Assembly: GCA_023128415.1 (NCBI GenBank)
Contig: JAGMEA010000019.1
Span: forward strand, 1-61,219
Source of the DNA: Candidatus Babeliales bacterium
GTDB taxonomy: Bacteria; Babelota; Babeliae; Babelales; UBA12411
Direction: 5' to 3'
DNA: 61,219 nt
A program made the position numbers and the translations under genes. Below the pieces are notes generated by a model. That model was not told where the DNA came from and did not search any database. It was given only the letters and a program-made list of their open reading frames with translations. The number at the start of each line of letters is the position of its first letter. The first letter of the stretch is position 1. This document shows, in pieces, positions 48,547 to 57,193 of the stretch.

Positions 48547-49419
48547 TTATCTTTCTAGTAGAGCTTTCGCCTCTTCATCAGTCAACCATTCTTCATGGTC
48601 CACTAGATGATTATACTGAATAGAAATAATATTTGCATCAAAATGGCTAGCCATATGCATTGAACCATTATAAACATATCCTTCAAAAAGAATTTTGCGT
48701 TTATATATCTCAGATGCTACCAATTTAACTTGCTCTCTATCATCATCAAAAAAAATAATCCGTTTAGGTTTATAATGCATATAATCCAAAAATGCCCCTA
48801 AGACCGCACCCTTTGTGCTACGATTTGTTAACAAAATACCTTTATAAAAAACCGGATAAAACCCCTTATCATCGTGATATAATGTTTTTAAAATAATGTC
48901 AGGAAATTTGGTTACACTAAAATTAATGCCAACTTCTTTCAGTTTATCATAGCGCCATTTGGGAAAATCTCGTATAACACCCATAGTACCCGTACTAAAT
49001 CTACTCAAAGCAAGAACTTCTACTTTTCGCTCCTGTAATGTTTTAATCATCTCAGGCACAATAGCTTCTATAATAAGAGGAACCTCCTTAGCAAGACGCT
49101 TACTAAGAAGATATTTTTTATTTTTATCTGTTCTCTTAAATGCAGTATCTGCAATTTTTTCAATTTCTTTTTTATGTGCAAGAAAATTTGATTTCCAAAA
49201 ATTTTTGCTCGGTGAAACGATAAGTGTATCATCAATATCAAATAGGACTAATGTGCCTTCATCAGCGCTATTTAATGCTTTTTGAACTTCTTTAAAAGAT
49301 TCTATACTTACTATATTGAAGCGACTGGCTGAATAAGACTTAATAAAAATTAGTAAACCAACAAAAAAAATTAATGCACTAATAAAAATAAACTTTATCT
49401 TATTAACATTCATAATCAT
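48547..49419 (-). CDS. membrane-anchored HAD-superfamily-like hydrolase
   Basis: Signal anchor, LVLFDIDDTLIV (DxDxT motif I), IIFFDDD (motif IV-like). Confidence 0.55.
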   Translation of the reverse strand: MIMNVNKIKFIFISALIFFVGLLIFIKSYSASRFNIVSIESFKEVQKALNSADEGTLVLFDIDDTLIVSPSKNFWKSNFLAHKKEIEKIADTAFKRTDKNKKYLLSKRLAKEVPLIIEAIVPEMIKTLQERKVEVLALSRFSTGTMGVIRDFPKWRYDKLKEVGINFSVTKFPDIILKTLYHDDKGFYPVFYKGILLTNRSTKGAVLGAFLDYMHYKPKRIIFFDDDREQVKLVASEIYKRKILFEGYVYNGSMHMASHFDANIISIQYNHLVDHEEWLTDEEAKALLER

Positions 49420-49454
49420 CCAGCCTATATTTAAGTGTTATAATAGAAACGGAA

Positions 49455-51158
49455 TTAAGACCACAAGTAACTATAAATTTTTGAAAAAATAGCCCTTAAA
49501 GAACCTATCGAATTATGCGCCAGAGTTGATTTGGATTTGGTTGCCATAAGAGTAGTTGAAGTTTTTACGCCTTTATCTGCCATAGAAATAACATACTCGG
49601 GTTTTAAATTAATAGAATGTTGACTTATATAATCTAAAACATCTCTTTCAAAATCATTTTGCTCTCTATTTACTAAAATGATATTTTCTAAAAGATTGAA
49701 TTTGCCAATGAAATACAATGGAGCCGTTGCCCCATGAGAAGCATTATCAAACGATAATCCCCCTATAGAAAACATAGCTAAATCCAAATTTTTAGCTATA
49801 GCATAAGGAATTGCAATTTTTGTTCTTGGGTGAAACCATTCACCTTGCCCATAAAATGACACTACTCTATCTGTAGGTGGGAAAAAAAATAAATTTTGTA
49901 CATTATTTTTATCAACTTTAAGAGCATAAGCCCTCTTGGATTCTGATAGAAAAGTAAATCCCACCGCTCCCCTAGTGTCACTACTATCATAAACAATCCC
50001 AGAAAATAACCCCCTAGAAAATGAAATACTTCTAGGCCTATTTATTCCTGCCCTAATAAAACTATTCCATATAGTCTTTTCAATTTTCTCCTGTTCTTTT
50101 TGTGCATCTTCTTCATATTCTTCGACTTCCTTTTCTATGGCTTTATTAATATCTTGATAAGTTTTTTCTGAAGAATTACTTCCCCTATAAATAAGATACC
50201 CATTCCGTTGCCTAGACCTAATTTCAACTTCTAAAACTTTTTTAAGTAAATCTATACTTTCACTTTTTCCCAAAATAGAAATAAATGACTGAATATATTC
50301 ATCACCTATTAGATTGCGATTTAACATAGAATGCAAAAAAGATGGATCTAATAATCCATAAAATGCTGATAGACAATTTTCACGTTTTATTCTAATAATA
50401 TTTTCAATTAATTCATCGAGAATTTCTTTAAATATAGGAGTAAGTTCTTCTGAATTTTCAATAAGTTTGTTAAAATCAATACCCTTTCTCAAAAAAAACT
50501 GTGTAATAATTTTTTCTATAAAAAAATTGGCCTTTTTAACTGATTCGAATTGATTAGTTTTATTAAAAATTTCCCAAACTTTATCAGTGTTTCCATCAAC
50601 GATTGTCGTTTCTATCTGTTCTGACATAGAATAAACATATTTATTAAAATCACTTGCATCTCTAAATAAACCATCCTCACCTCGATTTATAATAAAAGTA
50701 TATTTTATAAACTCTGATGGTTTACGTAGTTTTTTTTCTTTAAAACGTTCATCCGCAATAAAATCTGGAGCAATAAATTGTCCTGTTTCAATGTCATAAT
50801 TAAAATGAATTAAATTTAATAAAAAAAGTTCGAATAAAACTGATGGAATAAATCCTATATTCAAATTTTCACAATCTGTTCGAATTTTTCTTCTAAGAAA
50901 AATTTCTTCAGCATATGCTTCGTCTGAATAAAGCTTTTGCTTTTCTTCCTCCGTAATTCTATTTAAAGGATTCATACTCATAGGAAATTGATACTTTAAC
51001 CGAATATCAATTGCCTTTCGATAATTTGTATTCAAATCAGCCAAGGGTACAACTCGAGAGCCAATCTCATTCCAAATAAAATACTCTGAATGTAAAAAAT
51101 GAAAGGAAAAACTATATAATATAAAACAAAGTAATTTCTTATTTTTCAAATTTATCAT
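49455..51158 (-). CDS. large hypothetical secreted protein with a C-terminal region carrying R / S-x-S / Q-x-E ADP-ribosyltransferase-like motifs
   Basis: 567 aa with an N-terminal signal-like helix. LIYRGS (R325), FLSES (S405-S407) and GQGEWFHPR (Q438-E440) occur in ART-compatible order. Confidence 0.45.
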   Translation of the reverse strand: MINLKNKKLLCFILYSFSFHFLHSEYFIWNEIGSRVVPLADLNTNYRKAIDIRLKYQFPMSMNPLNRITEEEKQKLYSDEAYAEEIFLRRKIRTDCENLNIGFIPSVLFELFLLNLIHFNYDIETGQFIAPDFIADERFKEKKLRKPSEFIKYTFIINRGEDGLFRDASDFNKYVYSMSEQIETTIVDGNTDKVWEIFNKTNQFESVKKANFFIEKIITQFFLRKGIDFNKLIENSEELTPIFKEILDELIENIIRIKRENCLSAFYGLLDPSFLHSMLNRNLIGDEYIQSFISILGKSESIDLLKKVLEVEIRSRQRNGYLIYRGSNSSEKTYQDINKAIEKEVEEYEEDAQKEQEKIEKTIWNSFIRAGINRPRSISFSRGLFSGIVYDSSDTRGAVGFTFLSESKRAYALKVDKNNVQNLFFFPPTDRVVSFYGQGEWFHPRTKIAIPYAIAKNLDLAMFSIGGLSFDNASHGATAPLYFIGKFNLLENIILVNREQNDFERDVLDYISQHSINLKPEYVISMADKGVKTSTTLMATKSKSTLAHNSIGSLRAIFSKIYSYLWS

Positions 51159-51380
51159 CCTTAACTAAAATCAACATTTTAAAATCTATTAAGTTTCAAA
51201 TAATTAATTTAAGTTATTTTAGTAAAACTAAGCAAAACAAGACAACAAGTTCAGAAAACAACCTTTAAAAAAACACATATCTCTGGCTGTTAAATGGCAC
51301 TAAAGACAATTTAAATCTAATAGCAATACGATTGATTGCGAAATGATTATAACAAGAACTATAGCTGAATTTTATATATA

Positions 51381-51433
51381 ACCTTACAAAACATTGGCTG
51401 TAGATAGCCTACACACTTCGAACTTTCGAGTGG
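51381..51433. repeat. conserved intergenic repeat, copy D (variant)
   Basis: ACCTTACAAAACATTGGCTGTAGATAGCCTACACACTTCGAACTTTCGAGTGG. It ends 17 nt from the stop of the hydrolase gene. Confidence 0.85.
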
Positions 51434-51449
51434 AGTAATATCCCCTCTG

Positions 51450-52241
51450 TTAATATAACTCGCGTTTAAGTACCTTATAAAATTCCTCTTTTGCTTCTTT
51501 TTCAATCCAAGGTGTATGCCCACAATTTCTAAGAAGTATTAAATGAAATTTTTTTAAAGTCACTGATAATGGTTTTTCAACACCTTCAACTGGATGTGGA
51601 TCATAATCACCATGTATTGCCACAACAGGGCAGTGAATTTTTTTACCAAAGTCTAGAAGTTTACCACTTTTTCTCAACTCACTAGCTTCTTTCCAAATAG
51701 ATTCATAAACATCATAATTAAACTCTATCTCTTCATTAGTATCTTTTAATGGGTTATAAGAATCTGTTTTTTTAAAATATTTAACTAAATCAAGAAAAAT
51801 TTTGCTCTTATCCATTGATGCTGAACTATTAATAATTTTCAAAAGATCGTTTCTTTTTAATTTATCTTCTTCTGTTAAACGCCTCGAACGGGTATTAGCA
51901 AGACTACTTACATATGATTCTTCAAACGGCCCACTACTTAAAAGTATAAGTTTCTTAACAAACGAAGGATTTTGTGACGTAAAAATAAACGCTAGCCATG
52001 CTCCCCATGAATACCCAATAAGTGTTATTGGTAAAGAAGCTTCTATTTGCAATATATTCTTTAATTCTTCAAGCTGACCATCAATTGTTAATTTTTTTGG
52101 CAATGGCTCCAAAATGCCATGCATTTTGGAAAGCTCTTTTGCAACGGGAGCCATTTCACCTGAGGCACCAGGTCCACCATGTAGAACGACAACATTATAT
52201 GGTGACTTACCATATTTTCTTAAATTTTTAACTGTTTTCAT
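51450..52241 (-). CDS. alpha/beta hydrolase, prolyl aminopeptidase-like
   Basis: VVLHGGPGASGE, elbow GYSWGA, CGHTPW. Confidence 0.75.
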   Translation of the reverse strand: MKTVKNLRKYGKSPYNVVVLHGGPGASGEMAPVAKELSKMHGILEPLPKKLTIDGQLEELKNILQIEASLPITLIGYSWGAWLAFIFTSQNPSFVKKLILLSSGPFEESYVSSLANTRSRRLTEEDKLKRNDLLKIINSSASMDKSKIFLDLVKYFKKTDSYNPLKDTNEEIEFNYDVYESIWKEASELRKSGKLLDFGKKIHCPVVAIHGDYDPHPVEGVEKPLSVTLKKFHLILLRNCGHTPWIEKEAKEEFYKVLKRELY

Positions 52242-52360
52242 TAATAAGGTCCTATCTATATAGTAGCAATAGTCTTTGAATTTTATAGCTTTTAAGAATT
52301 CTTATATAAAGATTAAAAAATCAATAACTACGTCTAATATTAACGTGAAAAAAGATACTA

Positions 52361-52418
52361 TACAAAACCCTACCAAACCTGGCTGGAGATAGCCGTAACA
52401 CTTCGAACTTTTGATTGG
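52361..52418. repeat. conserved intergenic repeat, copy E (long form)
   Basis: TACAAAACCCTACCAAACCTGGCTGGAGATAGCCGTAACACTTCGAACTTTTGATTGG. Confidence 0.9.
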
Positions 52419-52663
52419 GATGAATACAAATTCAATCAAAAATTATTTGTCAAATAAAAGATTCCTAATCTGCTCTGCCTTAGAACCCAAAACCTTGATA
52501 TTGAGATGGCACCATCGACATAAACTTATCGCAACCTATGTTAAGAACATCAAAAAGAACTTGCAGTTCCTTAGCAATACTCGATTTATCTGAACTAGTT
52601 ACCCCATTAAGTAAGATGATCATAAAATATGTCACTTCTTATTTAGTAATAAAACTACTTTCG

Positions 52664-53743
52664 TTATTTTAAATTTTTATTTCCTACAAATAAAGAAATT
52701 AAAATTTCGTTGAATCTTTCAGGCTCTTCAAAAGGTGGATGATGTCCAGAGCAATCAAACCAAATCAATTCTTTTTTAGGAGCATTCAATTTCTCTAAAT
52801 ATTCTGCTGCTAATTTTGAAGATACTTGATGATCATGCCTACCTAAAAGAAAATAGACCGGAACATTTAATTTTAAAACTTGTTCAAATAAATTCACATT
52901 AAATATTTCTGACCAAAGAAATTTTAATGATATTTTTGATCCCAAAACAAACCTTATTATATCTTGCCAGGAATATTCCTTAATACTCAGCATTTTAGGA
53001 GCCCAATGCATTATATATCCATCTCTACCATAAGCACTCCCCCCAAACTTCGTAAGCCATTTTCTTTCAATTTTTACATCCTTAATATCTTTACCTGGAG
53101 GAAATTTAATTTTGCTTAATTCAGATAACGCTTTTTTATTATTTCGCTTTTTTGCTTCTACTAATGCAAATTCGTAACTAAGTCGTTCTGAATCTTTTAC
53201 ATTTGCAACTTGTCCTGTTCCAATGTAAGCTATTAGATCTTCTGGATATTTATGTGCATAAAAAGTACCTAAAATAGATCCCCAAGATTTACCTAAAAGG
53301 TAAACTTTATCTCGTTTAAATCTTTTTTTAAGATATTGAATTAATTCATGAAGATCAGATACAAATGTATCAATGTTCATAGATTCTGGGGGAATGTTTT
53401 TATTATAAGACTTTCCACATCCTCGTTGATCCCAACCAACTGTAAGAAAATAATTTTCAAGGTCGTTATTATAGTAACGAAAAAGTGCATGCTCAGATAT
53501 TCCGGGACCACCATGCAAAAAAATAAAGATTGGATTGTTTACATTAGAACCACGCAGGAGAACCCATTGTTCAACTCCGCCTAAAGAAAGATATATTTCT
53601 TCAGCTATACTATTTTTTATCATTTTACCTTCATTATCAAGAAATGGACTTGTAGAAGTATTTCGAGATATCCAGAAAATAACAAGAATAAAAATAAATA
53701 TTATTATAACTATTTTCAAACCTAATAAAATACGATCTGGCAT
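52664..53743 (-). CDS. membrane-anchored alpha/beta hydrolase, prolyl aminopeptidase-like (paralog class of 51450-52241)
   Basis: FLHGGPGISE, elbow GKSWGS, SGHHPPFEEP. Confidence 0.75.
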   Translation of the reverse strand: MPDRILLGLKIVIIIFIFILVIFWISRNTSTSPFLDNEGKMIKNSIAEEIYLSLGGVEQWVLLRGSNVNNPIFIFLHGGPGISEHALFRYYNNDLENYFLTVGWDQRGCGKSYNKNIPPESMNIDTFVSDLHELIQYLKKRFKRDKVYLLGKSWGSILGTFYAHKYPEDLIAYIGTGQVANVKDSERLSYEFALVEAKKRNNKKALSELSKIKFPPGKDIKDVKIERKWLTKFGGSAYGRDGYIMHWAPKMLSIKEYSWQDIIRFVLGSKISLKFLWSEIFNVNLFEQVLKLNVPVYFLLGRHDHQVSSKLAAEYLEKLNAPKKELIWFDCSGHHPPFEEPERFNEILISLFVGNKNLK

Positions 53744-53762
53744 TAATTAATCTTTTAAAATT

Positions 53763-54515
53763 CTATTTATTTTCAGACTTTTTTTGCCTGACAATCTCTT
53801 CTTCAATACATTTTACCAGAGGATATTCTTTCAATTCCGGATAAAATTCATGCTGTTGATCATAAGCTAATTTTGATGGTATTTGTCCAGCACTATTTTT
53901 AATATCATTTGAAGCACCATGCTCTATAAGCAATTTTATAACATCCCTATAATCTTGTAATCTTTCTTGATAGCATTTATGATATTCTGGTTCTTTTGAT
54001 GGATATATCCACATTTCACCACATGCTGCATCGTGAAGTGGAGTAAAACCATCCTCACTTGACTTGCAGTTTGGGTTGGCATCATTATCAAGTAAAACTT
54101 TAACAGCTTTTGCATTACCTCCACATGCAGCGATACTTAAAGAAGTACAGCCACTTCCGTTATTTTCAATATCTGCACCAGCCTTAATCAAAGCCTCCAT
54201 TACCTTTGAAAGATTGCGCTCAGCGGCCCACCACAAAGCCGTTCTTCCATAGCTATCTGGAAAATCAACTAATGCCCCTTCACTAAGAAGTGATTCTATT
54301 TTCTTAATTTGTATAGGTGCCATTTTCTCTGCTTCAGCTCGAACAGATTCAAGATGATTATTCACAAAAAATTCAACATCTGATGCAAAAATTACATTAT
54401 GTAATGGCGCATATCCATTTTTTAAAATATTGTGATTAGGTTTAGCTATAATAAAATTCTGATTTACAAGAAAAATTAATGTGAATAATGAATTAATAAG
54501 TTTTCTAATTGTCAT
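53763..54515 (-). CDS. secreted ankyrin-repeat protein
   Basis: GRTALWWAAERNLSKVMEALIKAGADIEN, GFTPLHDAA, LLIEHGASNDIKN. At least 4 ANK repeats follow a signal peptide. Confidence 0.85.
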   Translation of the reverse strand: MTIRKLINSLFTLIFLVNQNFIIAKPNHNILKNGYAPLHNVIFASDVEFFVNNHLESVRAEAEKMAPIQIKKIESLLSEGALVDFPDSYGRTALWWAAERNLSKVMEALIKAGADIENNGSGCTSLSIAACGGNAKAVKVLLDNDANPNCKSSEDGFTPLHDAACGEMWIYPSKEPEYHKCYQERLQDYRDVIKLLIEHGASNDIKNSAGQIPSKLAYDQQHEFYPELKEYPLVKCIEEEIVRQKKSENK

Positions 54516-54639
54516 GATACCCCCAGATGTTTAAAAAGAATAATAATACAATTGTATCTTAGAAATACAAACTTGCAAAAGGGCTATTTGGGCTCGAAAA
54601 AGCATAAAACATAGGTTTTTTAGAAAGTTACTTATTTAA

Positions 54640-54867
54640 TTATTCATCCAAATCTTTTTTACCGTCTTTATATCCCTCCATATAATAGCTATCATTAGAA
54701 GATTGAGGCGCTATTTTGTCATAAGCATCATCATGACCATCATCATACTCATCATAAGCGTCTTCACTATTGATTTCTTCTAAACCATTATGATTACTAC
54801 AAGAACCTAAGCATAAGACTGCAAATAATAAAAGAGCGATTGATAGATTTCGAAAATGCACCAACAA
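54640..54867 (-). CDS. small acidic lipoprotein
   Basis: Lipobox LCLGSCS, then a D/E/Y-rich sequence. Confidence 0.5.
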   Translation of the reverse strand: MLVHFRNLSIALLLFAVLCLGSCSNHNGLEEINSEDAYDEYDDGHDDAYDKIAPQSSNDSYYMEGYKDGKKDLDE

Positions 54868-54911
54868 TCCTTGATTAGAAAAATAAAAAATCTGATTAAA
54901 TTTCTTTTAAC

Positions 54912-55457
54912 TTAATCTCTTGAATTATTAAACACTTTAAAAATTTCAATCGAATTAAAACCTTCTCTAATAGAAAGCCAGGATTCATTAAATTCCTTTT
55001 CTTTTCCATAATCACATAAACAATCAACTGCAGCCACGGCCCTATTTTTTAGTTCAACAAATTTTACTGCTTCCACATGATTTGAAATAACTACCTTTTC
55101 AAATTGTTTTACTATCCAATTTTTATTACCCTTTTTATTATGCTTAAAAGCGAGTGTATTTTTTGGCTTACTTAAATTTATTTCTTTACATCCTTTAATA
55201 AAATTTGCTGATGGTTCTTCAAATAAACTGAGAAGCTTTTTCATATTTTCTACCTGGACTTGAGAGTTTTGCCCTTGGGTATCAGAATAATTAAGAGTAA
55301 TGTTGTCTCCAACATGTGATTTATTATTTTCGCCAGATTGAGAAATGAGATTATTGTCATCTCTACCAAAACTCAAGGATTTATTATCACTACCAAAATC
55401 GCCCAAATATTTTTTAAAAATTTTTATCCTTTCACAAATAAATTTAAATATGCTCAT
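54912..55457 (-). CDS. hypothetical protein
   Basis: The start is set at MSIFKF, because the longer ORF (to 55565) reads through tRNA-Gln. Confidence 0.4.
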   Translation of the reverse strand: MSIFKFICERIKIFKKYLGDFGSDNKSLSFGRDDNNLISQSGENNKSHVGDNITLNYSDTQGQNSQVQVENMKKLLSLFEEPSANFIKGCKEINLSKPKNTLAFKHNKKGNKNWIVKQFEKVVISNHVEAVKFVELKNRAVAAVDCLCDYGKEKEFNESWLSIREGFNSIEIFKVFNNSRD

Positions 55458-55490
55458 CGTATTCCTCTTTAAAAAATTTAAATTGAACCT

Positions 55491-55564
55491 TGGCTGGGAA
55501 GAGAGGATTCGAACCTCTGTTGCTGGATCCAGAATCCAGAGTCCTGCCGCTAGACGACTTCCCA
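55491..55564 (-). tRNA. tRNA-Gln (anticodon CUG), CCA encoded
   Basis: Minus strand: TGGGAAG-TC-GTCTAGCGGCAGGAC-T-CTGGA-TTCTGGA-TCCAG-CAACA-GAGG-TTCGAAT-CCTC-TCTTCCCA-GCCA. It has the U1-A72 pair typical of tRNA-Gln. Confidence 0.9.
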
Positions 55565-55632
55565 CTTCACCATAAGTTTTAACAGATTTTTATCTTTTGA
55601 AAACCCACCAATAGCTTCTTTTCACATTATCT

Positions 55633-56838
55633 TTATAGAATAAGACCTTTTACACACTGATAAGATATATAGAGGCATGAAACAACGCTCAAATAAGCCA
55701 CAATCTTAGGTAGCACAATTTGATCCCTTTTAAATTTATAAAACTTGAGGAAAGCAAAAACTGTTAGGAAATAACATACAACTATTCCAAATACAACTAT
55801 ACGTTGCAAACTAGGTAGTTGCATCATACTCAGCGCAAAGAAAAGAGAGACTATTACTTGTAAAACTATACACCAAATAGGCATACCGTGCTTATTCGTG
55901 CGAGTAAAAATTAAAAATTTATTTAAATCTTTTGCTATCGCAAACATATTCCAATTATTAGCCTGCATAATTCCATAATAAGCTCCCATCATTGAAAGTA
56001 AAATAAAGCTATTTGCTAACATTTTTCCGGCAGAATCTAAAAATGGAATACTTTCTAACTTTGTAAAAAAGATACCTAGGGGAGCTTCTAATCCTGATAA
56101 GCTAGGCCCCAAACATGCATATAAAGAAAATTGAAACAATGCTAGTAGTGAAGCAACGAGTAAAAATGATGTTACAACTATTTTATATAAATGTTTTTCT
56201 CCACCCTTAACTGTATGTCCAATAGAACAACAAGTTTCAAATCCCATCATTGCATATAGCGCAATTGGAAGAGCTGAAGAAAACCCACCAACAGTTGGCA
56301 GTGTTTCAACAGTAAAATATGATGGTGTAAAGATAAAACCTAATAACAATATTGCTGCTAATACAGGAATTCCTTTTAAAAACATAAAGATCAATTGTAA
56401 CTTACTACCAAACTTCATACCCCTGGCATTTAAAAATCCAAAGAGAATAGCAGTTACAATAATTAATAGAGAACCAGAAAACTTTGAAAATATAGGAAAT
56501 ATACTAGGTAAATATTCTAAAACAATAGCCCTCAGCAAAACTGCTTGTGAAATAGTTTTAGCAAAAAAGTAAGTAACCACACCTATAGTTCCAGCAGTTA
56601 CTCCTAAGCCTTCTTTACTGTAAGAAAACAGCCCGCCTTCTACGGCTGGATTAATTTTTGCAAGTTCTGCTATAACTAAAACTAATGGCAAAACCATTAA
56701 TGCCATTACAACATAACTTAATGCACTTAAAGAACCTGCTAAGGATGTAAGAGGCGACAAATTAACAAAAACACCAGCCCCCATCATAACATTCATATTC
56801 ATTATAATAACAAGCCAAAAATGAATATTATTTTTCAT
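55633..56838 (-). CDS. APC-superfamily amino acid permease
   Basis: About 401 aa with 12 TM helices and GAGVF near the N-terminus. The start is set at the ATG (MKNNIHF) preceded by GGTGGA. The ORF-track start is GTG. Confidence 0.8.
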   Translation of the reverse strand: MKNNIHFWLVIIMNMNVMMGAGVFVNLSPLTSLAGSLSALSYVVMALMVLPLVLVIAELAKINPAVEGGLFSYSKEGLGVTAGTIGVVTYFFAKTISQAVLLRAIVLEYLPSIFPIFSKFSGSLLIIVTAILFGFLNARGMKFGSKLQLIFMFLKGIPVLAAILLLGFIFTPSYFTVETLPTVGGFSSALPIALYAMMGFETCCSIGHTVKGGEKHLYKIVVTSFLLVASLLALFQFSLYACLGPSLSGLEAPLGIFFTKLESIPFLDSAGKMLANSFILLSMMGAYYGIMQANNWNMFAIAKDLNKFLIFTRTNKHGMPIWCIVLQVIVSLFFALSMMQLPSLQRIVVFGIVVCYFLTVFAFLKFYKFKRDQIVLPKIVAYLSVVSCLYISYQCVKGLIL

Positions 56839-56953
56839 AATTCCACCCACCACTTAAAATAATCTTGAAAATTTAACTACTATTTTTTTATTCTTTAAGA
56901 AGGATTTATGATTCTTGCCCAATCCTACGCCCCCAAGATTTTGACACAAGACT

Positions 56954-57193
56954 ATGGCTTCAATTTACTATCAGAAGAGAAAAAATTCAACCAAAGGACA
57001 AAAGACAATGAAAACCTACTGGAATAATGGTTTTAAAAAAATTATAGGCATTTTACTCATAATTATAGGCATTCCAGGGCTTTTTCTTCCATTTTTACAG
57101 GGAATAGTTTTTATTATTATAGGAACAACTTTGTTAGGAAATAAAAAATTAATTAGTTATCTAAAAAAAATAAAGCATCACTTCAGTAAGTAG
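56954..57193 (+). CDS. small two-TM membrane protein (PGPGW/DUF454-like impression)
   Basis: IIGILLIIIGIPGLFLPFLQGIVFIIIGTTLLG. Confidence 0.4.
   Translation: MASIYYQKRKNSTKGQKTMKTYWNNGFKKIIGILLIIIGIPGLFLPFLQGIVFIIIGTTLLGNKKLISYLKKIKHHFSK

Noticed and set aside
44994-52418. The repeat family as canonical integron attC sites (or a CRISPR array)
   Set aside because: The layout resembles attC arrays, but I could not find the RYYYAAC...GTTRRRY boundary motifs in the correct order. The element does not fold into a long imperfect attC-type hairpin, and no intI or attI is in the window. The 1-3 kb spacing, with whole genes between copies, rules out CRISPR. The region is kept as a finding only as a non-canonical cassette-like system.
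52411-52593. 60-aa plus-strand ORF starting inside repeat copy E
   Set aside because: It has a non-ATG start within the repeat, no RBS, and lies opposite to the uniformly minus-strand array. It is probably spurious. The 246-nt gap it occupies may instead hold decayed cassette remnants.
54556-54605. Possible seventh, highly degenerate repeat copy (TACAAACTTGCAAAAGGGCTATTTGGGCTCGAAAAAGC)
   Set aside because: It shares only short words (TACAAA, CAAAAG, GGCT, TCGAA) with the family. The block spacing differs, and I cannot align it convincingly by eye.
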